Positions 55,854-64,000 of a stretch of DNA of 64,000 nucleotides are shown one piece after another (within the stretch, counting starts at the first letter, position 1; each line of letters begins with the position of its first letter). The position numbers and the translations under genes were made by a program. The notes under the pieces were generated by a model. That model saw nothing but the letters and a program-made list of their open reading frames with translations, was not told the origin of the DNA and made no database searches. Source of the DNA: an uncultured bacterium (GTDB lineage: Bacteria > Bipolaricaulota > Bipolaricaulia > UBA7950 > UBA9294); contig CBDUVB010000006.1 of NCBI GenBank assembly GCA_965370555.1, forward strand, positions 2,372-66,371, in the 5' to 3' direction.

Positions 55854-56648
55854 TTGCCCTCCTCAGTTCTCCTCACAGTCGTCTTCTCGGTCATCCTCTT
55901 CTCTTGGGTCACCGTTGCCTTCCAAGCCTATGAGATCGACCCTCGCGCCTTGGGGAGAGGGTCGGCCTACACCGCTGTAGCAGATGGACCGCTCGCCCCA
56001 CTGTGGAATCCGGGAGGAGGAACGGCCGCACCCGGGGTGCATGGCGCATTCACCGCCGGCATCTCCCCCGATGGCACCTCTACTCTCCTGTTGGGAGCGT
56101 CGATCGCCGCCGCGAACAGTCCAACCGTTATCTGGAACATGGTCCAGAGCGGAGGCGTGGGAGAGATCCTGGGGACCTTCGCTTTTCCCCTCTTCCCGCA
56201 GACAGGGCTCGGATGCGGCCTTTCCTACCGATTCAGCGACGCACCAGGAGGGATCTCCTTCCACGTAGGATTCCGTCACTGCGGACCCCAGTTGGCATTC
56301 GGAGCAAGCCTCTCTCACCTCGGAGCCGGGATCTTCGGTGCGGATCTTCCTCTCTCCCTCCGCGCTGGGGGAGCACTCACCACCATTCCCGGGGTCGCGC
56401 TCACCATCGACTTCGACCTGTCATCAGACGGAGCGAAGGTCGCCATTGGAGGATCGGCGCAGGTCTGGGTGGTAGAGATCCGCTGGGGAACCGCGATCCT
56501 CCTCGCTGGAGGGATCGACCGGCTCGGCCTTGGAGTCGGTTTCACCCTGTTCGGTCTCCCGATTGACCTGGCGATCGGGGTCGCAGGAAGCGACCTCTCT
56601 CCGTACGCATCGCTTGGGATTGAGGCCTGTATCCCAGCGTGGTGGTGA
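55854..56648 (+). CDS. Putative membrane beta-barrel-like protein with an N-terminal FadL/PorV-like motif
   Basis: N-terminal hydrophobic segment, then ALGRGSAYTAVADGPLAPLWNPGG, resembling the LGRAYSGEGA...NPA motif at the N-terminus of FadL-type proteins. The rest is Gly/Ala/Leu-rich with alternating hydrophobicity. At 264 aa it is short for a 14-strand barrel. Confidence 0.4.
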   Translation: MPSSVLLTVVFSVILFSWVTVAFQAYEIDPRALGRGSAYTAVADGPLAPLWNPGGGTAAPGVHGAFTAGISPDGTSTLLLGASIAAANSPTVIWNMVQSGGVGEILGTFAFPLFPQTGLGCGLSYRFSDAPGGISFHVGFRHCGPQLAFGASLSHLGAGIFGADLPLSLRAGGALTTIPGVALTIDFDLSSDGAKVAIGGSAQVWVVEIRWGTAILLAGGIDRLGLGVGFTLFGLPIDLAIGVAGSDLSPYASLGIEACIPAWW

Positions 56649-57719
56649 TCAGTGCTGGATCTCCAAACCGGCCGGAGCCGCCCCGGGGAACCCCGTGATC
56701 TTGCTCCCAGTCAGGATCCCTGTTGTTGGATCGACCTCGATTATGGCGTGGGTGTTCACGTCGATCACCCATAGCATCCCATCGTATATGTCGATCGCCG
56801 AAGCAGAGAAGATCGGGACATTGACCGGGTCGCCAACGATTTGCAGCTGCGTATTCGACATGATGTCGTAGCCCGGGATGATCTTGATCTTGTACAGGAG
56901 CCGGTTCTCCCCTTCGAAGTACCACAGGTGGCCGGCAGCGTTCGTCTCCGGTGTCCAATCGAGCCCTTGCGGTTTCCACAGGAAGGGGAGGCTCCCTATC
57001 TGAGGGGAAGTCGCCTTGAAGTACGACTGGCCATAGGAATCGTAGACCTGAAGATCGGGCGGGTTCAACCGGTAGATCTTCCGGCTCAGCCCATCGACGT
57101 GCCAGATCTGCTTCTGCCCGGTCGCCCCGTAGGTGAGCTGAAGCGGCGATTGCGCCGGGGCGCTGTAGTTCTGGCTGACGTTCCCTATGATAGGATCGAT
57201 CCGGACGATACGCTGGTTCCCACCGTTGTAGCAGGCGATAAAGACCCACGATTTTCCCCCGACCTCGGCGACGGTGATCCCCCGCGGCTCGGTGAACGGA
57301 AGGAGGAAGGAATCCAGCTCAGTCCCCTGCATATCGAGCTTATAGACGCGGTTCAGGTTCTCATCGGTGAGCCAGACCGCTGGCTCGACCTCCACCGTCA
57401 CCGTCTCCTGATCGGTCGACCCGTCGGCTGCGCGCACGGTCAACGTCAGCGAAAATGTCCCTGCGTGCGCGTAAGTGTAGGTCCCACTCGTCTCGTACGA
57501 TACGGGATCGTCGGTGCCGAAATTCCAGGTATAAGTGCTGATCCCATCGGGCCCAGTTGATCCTGTCCCATCGAAGTGAACCACCAGCGGGACGACTCCA
57601 GAGAGCGGGGTCGCCTCGATGACGGCCTGTGGACCACCTCCAGGCAGGCAACCTCCTAGAAAGATCCCGACCAAAATCACCATTACAGAGAAGAGCACGA
57701 TGCTGCGGGTTGCTGTCAT
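56649..57719 (-). CDS. Lipoprotein with a PKD domain and a beta-propeller-like C-terminal region
   Basis: Signal peptide with a lipobox-like LGGC, a PKD domain (…VHFDGTGSTGPDGISTYTWNFGTDD…GTYTYAHAGTFSLTLTV…D..G..D) and a repeat-rich C-terminus. The start was moved to ATG 57719 (RBS GGAAGTGAGGGG). Confidence 0.65.
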   Translation of the reverse strand: MTATRSIVLFSVMVILVGIFLGGCLPGGGPQAVIEATPLSGVVPLVVHFDGTGSTGPDGISTYTWNFGTDDPVSYETSGTYTYAHAGTFSLTLTVRAADGSTDQETVTVEVEPAVWLTDENLNRVYKLDMQGTELDSFLLPFTEPRGITVAEVGGKSWVFIACYNGGNQRIVRIDPIIGNVSQNYSAPAQSPLQLTYGATGQKQIWHVDGLSRKIYRLNPPDLQVYDSYGQSYFKATSPQIGSLPFLWKPQGLDWTPETNAAGHLWYFEGENRLLYKIKIIPGYDIMSNTQLQIVGDPVNVPIFSASAIDIYDGMLWVIDVNTHAIIEVDPTTGILTGSKITGFPGAAPAGLEIQH

Positions 57720-57990
57720 CCCCTCACTTCCTTCCTTCAAGAGATACTCCTATTCTAGCAATCTGGAGAAGGAGATCAACTCCTATCCTGCCGTCACGAG
57801 CGTCTCTGACGAGATCTCTACGATAAAGACCTCTCTCCGTGGTGTAATTTCCATGTTTTTTCCATGTTATTTTCTTCTCGCTTGCATGGACTGGGATGAA
57901 AATTTTGCTAGGCTTAGTAAGTACCACCGATTTAGTGAAGACCTAAGAAGAAAACGATGGAACGAATTCCTTGATGAGGAGGTGAAAAAC

Positions 57991-58164
57991 ATGGCTAATA
58001 AAGAAATCCTTGATAAGCTTTCCATCTACATTCCACAGAAGAAGATGGAAGAAAAGCCTGTCGAGCGCCTGATTCGCTTGAGCGAGAAGCGCGATCGTTC
58101 GATCAACTACCTGGTCGTCGATGCGATCCTTCAGTACCTCAATCGGGAAGAGAAGAAAGGCTGA
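57991..58164 (+). CDS. Small ribbon-helix-helix (CopG/Arc/MetJ-like) protein, orphan antitoxin-like
   Basis: 58 aa. …PVERLIRLSEKRDRSINYLVVDAILQYL… fits the beta-strand/helix/helix RHH pattern. Strong RBS GAGGAGGTG. It sits in a locally AT-rich segment. Confidence 0.5.
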   Translation: MANKEILDKLSIYIPQKKMEEKPVERLIRLSEKRDRSINYLVVDAILQYLNREEKKG

Positions 58165-58210
58165 ACTACAAAAGGTCTGTCGTAGATCGTTCCTCACTCT
58201 GTGACAGACC

Positions 58211-59629
58211 TTACTCTTTCCCTGCACCTTGCCGCACTGCCTTCGCCTGATACATCTTAACGTCGGCAAGGCGAATGAGATCGGGGACTGATTGGTTGTC
58301 GTCAGAATTCCAGGTGGCCCATCCGATATCGATCTGCAAGAGAAGATCCGAGAGGTGGCTCCTTCCCCATTCTTCGACCGCGGTGTGCAACCGTTGAGCG
58401 AGGGCCTCGACCCGAACCCCTGTTTCGGGAAGAACGATGAGGAACTCGTCCCCACCGTAGCGGACTGCCCAGTCACTTTCACGAATCTGTTGTTGAATAA
58501 CCTGCGCCACCTCCCGCAGGACCGTGTCCCCATCCTGGTGCCCGAGCCGGTCATTCACCTGCTTAAACCCAGCAAGGTCGGTCATCATGACGGTGAACGG
58601 TCGCTTGTACCGCTGGGAACGCTTCAATTCCGTGCAGATTGTTTCATCAAAGTACAGTCGATTGAACAAGCCGGTCAACGGATCGTGAAGAGCTTGCTCC
58701 TTTAAGAACTTTTCGGCACGTACCCGTTCACTGATATCCATAAGGTTCAGAAGTATCGCCGCCCCTCCGCGATATTCGATCGCTTGCTTAGTCCACTGCA
58801 GCCAGACAACACGACCGTTCTTACAGACGCCGCGCGCTTCAAAAAGTCCGTCGATGGAAGGGGAACCGCCTCCATCTAAGACCGTACGCCGATCCTCTTG
58901 ATGGATCACCTGCCACCACGGTTCCATGACGAGGAGTTCCTGTCTCGTATAACCGAAGATCTCCATCCCACGATCGTTGGCGTAGCAGAACCGATCACCC
59001 TTTACAATGAAGGCTCCATGAAGGGTGTTCTCCGTCAGAGAACGGAAGAGCATGTGATTCTCGCTCAATGCCTCCAGCACACGCGCCTCTCTTAAGGCAA
59101 TTGCAGCGACCGCGGCCAGCTCTTCCAACCCACGCAACGCCGCTTGCGTCGGACGCACTCCATCACACGGATCATCGACCGAGATCTGCCCGATGATCCT
59201 CCCCTCGACCTCGACCGGAATGAGGAGGAGATCATCCGCGCGCCAACCGTCATGCCCGAGAAACCGCCGATGACTCGGAATCCGTGGAACCACAGAATAG
59301 GGCACCCTGTCACCTGGAATATAATAGGACTTACCTAGACGAAAGGATGCGTTGAACTTCTCCCCGCGGATGATCCCACCTCCGGTTACAAAGAGGCGGA
59401 TCTCCTGTTCATCTTCTAGGGAAAGCTCCCTTGTGGAGTACTTCAGGACGCGGGTCTCCGAGCGGGGAGACGCTGCCAATGGAGAATCGTAAAGAGAGAC
59501 AACCACCCGCTGGTACGGCGTTTGCGCGATCACGGCCCTGGCAACATCATCCAAGATCCGCTGTACCGCACCCTCCCCCGGGCGAGCGCGTTCCGATGTT
59601 GGTGAATAGTCCTTCTGGGAAGTCAGCAA
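58211..59629 (-). CDS. PAS/GAF-containing diguanylate cyclase (GGDEF domain)
   Basis: GAF/PAS-like N-terminal regions and a C-terminal GGDEF domain with RYGGDEFLIVLPE and an upstream RxxD-like site. Confidence 0.85.
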   Translation of the reverse strand: MLTSQKDYSPTSERARPGEGAVQRILDDVARAVIAQTPYQRVVVSLYDSPLAASPRSETRVLKYSTRELSLEDEQEIRLFVTGGGIIRGEKFNASFRLGKSYYIPGDRVPYSVVPRIPSHRRFLGHDGWRADDLLLIPVEVEGRIIGQISVDDPCDGVRPTQAALRGLEELAAVAAIALREARVLEALSENHMLFRSLTENTLHGAFIVKGDRFCYANDRGMEIFGYTRQELLVMEPWWQVIHQEDRRTVLDGGGSPSIDGLFEARGVCKNGRVVWLQWTKQAIEYRGGAAILLNLMDISERVRAEKFLKEQALHDPLTGLFNRLYFDETICTELKRSQRYKRPFTVMMTDLAGFKQVNDRLGHQDGDTVLREVAQVIQQQIRESDWAVRYGGDEFLIVLPETGVRVEALAQRLHTAVEEWGRSHLSDLLLQIDIGWATWNSDDNQSVPDLIRLADVKMYQAKAVRQGAGKE

Positions 59630-59804
59630 AAGATCTCCTTACCCGTTTTCCCCCTTCTCAGTGAATAACATAACACTCCCTTTCCAATTCGTCAAGAACG
59701 CCCCAGATCAGGACACTTGTCCCAAGTACGGAGGAAAAGGCCCCTTTTTCGCGCTGTGCCCACTTCCTAACATGAAAAGAGGGTGCACAGAAGGAGGATT
59801 ATTC

Positions 59805-60308
59805 ATGGAACTGGAAGAATGGCTCAAGATCTATCAGGCAGCTGCTCTAACGAGCGGGGTCAAGGAACGCAGTTACTGGACAATACTGGGAGTATTCCTT
59901 CTCACCCACTGCGTCCTCATTCTCGCACTCGCCTTCCTCGCTCTCACCCATATGCTTCATGAAGCGAGATTGTATGGCACCGTTCTCAGCGGGATCGGTA
60001 TTTTCATCGCTCTCTGTTGGTTCTTCAACGAACGCCGGGCAGCGCGCGCGGTGCTCTACTGGGAAGGCCTGTTGCGGAGCCTGGAGGGAGAGTTTGCTGG
60101 GGCAGAATTTCATCGAAGTTTCTACAAACTGCTCCATAACGAGCAGGTCTGTCTTTCAGCAGCCGATTGGAAGTGTGCAGAGTGGTATCCTACAGTCGAG
60201 CACCTCTCGTGGTTTATCAGGAACATGTCGAGATGGTCGCTCGCCTGCCTACCGATCTTCTTCCTCATTGCCTGGATCGCTCTGATCCTCTCTTGCTGGT
60301 ACTTCTGA
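59805..60308 (+). CDS. Hypothetical membrane protein (4 TM)
   Basis: Hydrophobic helices and a strong RBS (GGAGGATTATTC ATG). The ORF-track upstream extension was rejected. Confidence 0.5.
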   Translation: MELEEWLKIYQAAALTSGVKERSYWTILGVFLLTHCVLILALAFLALTHMLHEARLYGTVLSGIGIFIALCWFFNERRAARAVLYWEGLLRSLEGEFAGAEFHRSFYKLLHNEQVCLSAADWKCAEWYPTVEHLSWFIRNMSRWSLACLPIFFLIAWIALILSCWYF

Positions 60309-60413
60309 GGCTGTTGTATAAATCTCTTCTTCTTGCGGGTTGCGGAGCAAGGCCGGAGGCCAAACAGAAGCTTTCATCGCCCTGAGAATACGGAGCACGT
60401 AGAGAGGGGAAGC

Positions 60414-60546
60414 AGGATTGAGCGAGTGAGTGAATGATTGAACCATTGAGCGATTGAGCCATTGAGTGATTGAACGGTTCCTTACATCAGTAGCCCTTCC
60501 ATTTTTTCAATCTCCCGATCCTCCGATCACTCAATCATTCAATTCC
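60414..60546. repeat. Composite imperfect-palindromic intergenic element, copy C (inverted orientation relative to copy A)
   Basis: Forward arm of cattgagY/gattgagY octamers (60414-60477). The reverse arm tctcccgatcctccgatcactcaatcattcaattcc is the reverse complement of the copy-A core gattgagtgatcggatcatcgggaga, with 2 substitutions. Confidence 0.7.
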
Positions 60547-60889
60547 TCAGCCCCTCTGCGGTAGAATGCTTAAAACTAGAGGTTGAACTCGAAGACGAGC
60601 AATAGGAAAGGTTTACGCAGGTTGGTTCCCGATACAGAAAATAGGCAGCGGCGGAGACGCAGGAGGGCATAGCGTTTCCGCCGCTTGTTCAAGGAGGCAA
60701 AGACCTTAAAGATTTCCCCGTTCGCTAAGATCAATCCTCCTTCCCTATCCTTCTCTTTCATCACCTGGGTCACGAGTGTAATCTCGATTACCTATTCCAT
60801 TAACCCTCTATACATGGCGAGAAACAATCCCATAGAACACCCAAGAAGGGGACAGCGCACACCTATTATGATCACATACGCCTCCTAGG

Positions 60890-62146
60890 CTATCGTGCGG
60901 CGCCTTCACCGGCAAGCTTGCCGGTGACGAAGGCCCACAGAAAATTCGTTCCTCCAATCGGGCCAAAGGCATCAAGGAGCTCCCCACATAGGTATAGGTT
61001 AGGAATTACCCCACTCTCCAAGGTGCTCGGATCAAGATCGGCGAGGCTGACCCCACCGCCGGTCACCTCAGCCTCGTTCCACCCCCCGCATCCCGTCCAG
61101 GGAAGCTGGTAAGAGGTGAGGGCTGCGATCAGGCGGGTCCGCTCCCCGCCGTGAACGGTAGAAAGCTTCGCCCCGGAAAGGTCAAGCTCTGCTAAGAGCA
61201 TATCGACCAACCGATCGGGAAGGATCTCCTTCAAGGCGCCACGGACCATCCTCCCGCTCGACGTGCTGCTCGACGTGCTGCTCGGCGTGCTGCTCGGCGC
61301 GAGCACTTCTTTCCAATCCGCTTCGCTCAACGTGCTCCAGGAGACGGTGATCGTTGGATGTTCCCCAGAGAGCGTTGCCCGCGCCGCCGCATGCCCGAGA
61401 TTAAGGACGACCGGTCCACTATAGCCCCGGTGGGTGAAGAGGAAATCCCCGTGCGCACGCACGCGCGATTTTCCAGTACCAACTGTTAGCATCACAGGGA
61501 GAGAGAGGCCGGCCAGGTGGTGATGTGCCGAGCTCCCCCCGCGCAGTGACACGAGCGCGGGGTACGATTCAACGAGATGATGACCGAGCGCACGAGCGAT
61601 CTCATGCCCGGTCCCGTCGCTCCCTGTCCTGGGATAGGAGAGTCCTCCGGTCGCCAGGATAACACGTTCAGCGACGATCGCCTCCCCTGTTTCAAGGACG
61701 ATCCGCCGCCGCTCAGAGGGAGCGACTTCCGCCACGCTGACCCCTGTGCGTACCGTAACCCCGCTTCGCTTGACCGCAGAGAGGAGGCGATCACGCACCT
61801 CTTTTCCCCCACCAAAGAGAGGATAGACCTTCCCCGTCCTCCTTTGTTCGACCAATCGCAAACCGATCGGTCCCTCAAGGAAGGCGCGCACCTCGGGAAG
61901 TGGCCAGGAGAGAAGGATCTTCTTTAAGGTGTTCTTGGAGGAGTTGGTCGTATATAAGCGGGGGTCGATTATCTCCCGTGGGAGAATGTTGCAGCGCCCC
62001 CCGCCCGAAAGGAGGATCTTCTCTCCGGGGCGTCTGTTTCGGTCGAGTAGGAGGACACGGCACCCGGCACGCGCCGCGTGGTACGCCGCGGTCATCCCCG
62101 CTGGTCCACCCCCAATCACCGCAACGTCGTACCCTTTTCGAATCAT
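60890..62146 (-). CDS. FAD-dependent oxidoreductase of the HI0933 / aminoacetone-oxidase-like family
   Basis: N-terminal DVAVIGGGPAGMTAA dinucleotide-binding motif, …ILLSGGGRCN… and a C-terminal GG-containing flavin motif. It contains an internal Ser/Thr-rich insert encoded by a 12-nt tandem repeat. Confidence 0.75.
   Translation of the reverse strand: MIRKGYDVAVIGGGPAGMTAAYHAARAGCRVLLLDRNRRPGEKILLSGGGRCNILPREIIDPRLYTTNSSKNTLKKILLSWPLPEVRAFLEGPIGLRLVEQRRTGKVYPLFGGGKEVRDRLLSAVKRSGVTVRTGVSVAEVAPSERRRIVLETGEAIVAERVILATGGLSYPRTGSDGTGHEIARALGHHLVESYPALVSLRGGSSAHHHLAGLSLPVMLTVGTGKSRVRAHGDFLFTHRGYSGPVVLNLGHAAARATLSGEHPTITVSWSTLSEADWKEVLAPSSTPSSTSSSTSSGRMVRGALKEILPDRLVDMLLAELDLSGAKLSTVHGGERTRLIAALTSYQLPWTGCGGWNEAEVTGGGVSLADLDPSTLESGVIPNLYLCGELLDAFGPIGGTNFLWAFVTGKLAGEGAAR
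61259..61300. repeat. Coding-region tandem repeat (12-nt unit cgacgtgctgct x3 plus a partial) encoding an (S/T)-rich insert
   Basis: Exact and near-exact 12-mers seen in sequence. Translated on the minus strand they give …STSSSTSSSTPSS…. Confidence 0.7.
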
Positions 62147-62234
62147 AGGTTAAGCTTACTGTACAGCCGAAGAGGGTTCGACCCTTAGGAGCTTTCTTCC
62201 TCGTCCACTGGAAAGAGCTCCTCGAACAGATCCT

Positions 62235-63947
62235 TCAGCGGATCGACAAGATCAGGGGGGAAAGCCCCTCGACCCCTCCGCGGATCAGCTCCGTAGCGCG
62301 TTCCTCGGCCTGTCGGCGGAGTTCCGCGTACCCCGGTTGCAAGGGAACCTCCCCTGTCGGACCCAGTGCATCGATCTGGAGACCGAGCCTGTCGATCACT
62401 CCTTGGAGTTCGCGACGTCCTTCCATCAATAGTCCTTCACGGGCGATCTCAAGGAGCGGCTCCTCCCAATGCACCTGTGGAGACGCTACCTCTCCGTCGA
62501 TCGCAAACCCGATTACAACCGGCAAGTCTCGCGCATAGCGATTGATCCCTTCCACTACACGCGCCGAAAGGTCCGCAGAGAGCCCAAAGAGGGGACGACC
62601 AGGGACCTCCGCCAGCCTGAGGTCTTCCACCAAGAGCGAGACTTCCCCTAAAACAGCATCCCCAGGGATCGTTATCCCCATCGTGCACGTCGCTCTCCCG
62701 GAGAGGACCACGACCGGAAGCGTCGTCTCGTAGATCTTCGCGATCCGTACGAGGTCGATCTTGCGAAGCTCCAAGTCATAGCGGTGTTCGGGAACATCTC
62801 CGCGGTCATCGAGATGCGCCGAGAGGAGGAATACGGATTCAGGGTCGTCCCCGACTAGTCCCTTCAAGGCAATGATTACCGGATCGCGGTTGAGGTGAGA
62901 GGGGAACGCCAGGTTGGAGAGTTCTACCTCAATCAACGTCAACGGGGGAAGCCCCTCTCCAGGATCGCGCACGTCATCCAGGGTGAGATGGATGCGGCCG
63001 ATCTCGATCCGCTCGACAGCAAACGATGACCGAAACCCAGGGAAGGAGCGCCCACCGGAATAACGGGAGAGATCCGTTGGAGACTTTCGCGGGCGAGGCT
63101 CTCCAAGGTACTCGATGAAGTGCCGCAATAGGTCGAACCAGTCAACCTTATCCGCGTACTTCGCCGCCCAATCCAGGTATCCTTCCGCGTTCCACCCAGA
63201 GGTAAAATCATCGATGTTCAGCGTCCCATCGACCTCTCGTTCCACGTGGAGGAACGCCTCATCGATCCTGATGTTGTTGAAGACCACTCGCTTCTCGAGA
63301 AGGGGAAGCATACCCGCATCCAAGGTGAGAGATGGGATCTCAAGGACGTTCTCCTCCGGTTTGCCAGGGTCCTGCACGGAGAACCCCTCAAGATCGAGCC
63401 TTCCGGTGAAGAGGCTGAACGAGCTCTCCTCCACTGCCACGTCGCCTCCCACAACGAACGAGGCCGCTGAGGTGGCAATCCGCCCGGCAAAGAAGGGAAC
63501 GACCACCGCGGCGATAAGGTAGCAGAACGCGTAGACGATCGGAAGGATGATCAGCATCTCTCGCCTCACGTAGCGGAACGGTCCCCATGGAGCCTTGCCG
63601 TGTTCGTACTTCGCCTCACCCCCGGTGAGGAAGAAGCGCAAGACCCCAATCCCTCTTCGATCGCGGAGTTTCTTTGAGATCCGCCAAGTTGCAACCCATG
63701 TCGTGAACGAGCATCGGTACTTGATCACCAAGAACCGCACGAGGAAGAAGACAGGAATCGCCATGAGAAGCGATAAAATCAGGCTTCCGAAGAGGAGATA
63801 GCGACCGTATCCCATAGGTGCAGCGATCGGGAGGTGAAAGAGGACCCTCCACAGCCCGTCGAGCCCCCGGTTCGCGTCGAGGAGGAAGCGGCCGATCGCA
63901 TAACTCCCCGGAGCCACGGCGAGCGAGATCAACTCGAAGAGCCCCAT
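62235..63947 (-). CDS. Large membrane-anchored protein, AsmA/DUF748-like (N-terminal TMs, extended beta-rich periplasmic domain)
   Basis: N-terminal hydrophobic helices, then ~450 aa with repeated amphipathic beta-like segments. No enzymatic motif. 570 aa. Confidence 0.45.
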   Translation of the reverse strand: MGLFELISLAVAPGSYAIGRFLLDANRGLDGLWRVLFHLPIAAPMGYGRYLLFGSLILSLLMAIPVFFLVRFLVIKYRCSFTTWVATWRISKKLRDRRGIGVLRFFLTGGEAKYEHGKAPWGPFRYVRREMLIILPIVYAFCYLIAAVVVPFFAGRIATSAASFVVGGDVAVEESSFSLFTGRLDLEGFSVQDPGKPEENVLEIPSLTLDAGMLPLLEKRVVFNNIRIDEAFLHVEREVDGTLNIDDFTSGWNAEGYLDWAAKYADKVDWFDLLRHFIEYLGEPRPRKSPTDLSRYSGGRSFPGFRSSFAVERIEIGRIHLTLDDVRDPGEGLPPLTLIEVELSNLAFPSHLNRDPVIIALKGLVGDDPESVFLLSAHLDDRGDVPEHRYDLELRKIDLVRIAKIYETTLPVVVLSGRATCTMGITIPGDAVLGEVSLLVEDLRLAEVPGRPLFGLSADLSARVVEGINRYARDLPVVIGFAIDGEVASPQVHWEEPLLEIAREGLLMEGRRELQGVIDRLGLQIDALGPTGEVPLQPGYAELRRQAEERATELIRGGVEGLSPLILSIR

Positions 63948-64000
63948 CGAAAGTAGGAACGCCCGGAAGCTACAGCGGACAAGGAGGGCCAGTGTGATCG

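Noticed and set aside
57724-57927. 67-aa ORF on the minus strand upstream of the RHH gene as a possible toxin partner
   Set aside because: No RBS, no recognisable toxin fold motifs, and it overlaps the promoter region and start of the PKD gene. Most likely spurious.
60560-60700. RNase P RNA-like motifs (AGGAAAGG... and ACAGAAAAUAGGC) in the 60.3-60.9 kb intergenic region
   Set aside because: The two motif-like strings are about 25 nt apart instead of about 250 nt, and the other universally conserved RNase P regions are absent. Chance similarity.
1-64000. tRNA, rRNA or tmRNA genes
   Set aside because: Scanned intergenic regions for T-arm-like GTTCGA/GGTTCGAATCC motifs and cloverleaf-sized GC-rich blocks. 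None found.

Overview
High-GC (about 58-60%) bacterial chromosomal segment with dense coding on both strands. I found no rRNA, tRNA or CRISPR array. The first ~11 kb is a conserved housekeeping block (CGGC-domain protein, radical-SAM activase, trpS, glmU, prs, rplY/ctc, pth, clpC, radA, purine nucleoside phosphorylase). The rest reads as a mosaic of accessory modules. (1) Two paralogous glutamate dehydrogenase genes flank a convergent, 4-bp-overlapping pair of Crp/Fnr regulators. (2) An orphan pol-beta nucleotidyltransferase converges on a metallophosphoesterase, and next to them sit decayed mobile/toxin-antitoxin remnants (5' fragment of an IS200/RAYT-type Y1 transposase and an N-terminal PemK/MazF fragment). 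(3) A two-component pair links a periplasmic-binding-domain/GAF/PAS histidine kinase to a REC-PAS-GAF-HD-GYP response regulator. (4) A HEPN/MNT pair and an MFS transporter. (5) An AlaX-like tRNA-editing protein with a DUF169-MBL hydrolase operon. (6) A metal-uptake locus (DtxR-like repressor, secreted Thr/Pro-rich anchored protein, DUF4198/NikK-like protein, two FeoA genes and a FeoB split into G-domain and membrane ORFs). (7) A compatible-solute/sugar island: glycerate 2-kinase + mannosylglycerate-synthase-like GT-A + GT4, two CUT1-type sugar ABC transporters, a GntR-solute-binding-protein fusion regulator, ROK kinase, PfkA, ROK regulator, an (alpha/alpha)6 glycoside hydrolase, TreT-like trehalose synthase, GalT-like nucleotidyltransferase and a GT4 glycolipid-synthase-like enzyme. 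(8) Envelope and c-di-GMP genes (FadL-motif beta-barrel-like protein, PKD lipoprotein, GGDEF cyclase, AsmA-like protein). The most distinctive non-coding signal is a family of composite imperfect-palindromic elements, built from tandem TGATTGAG-type octamers plus a 26-nt core, present at three intergenic sites in both orientations.
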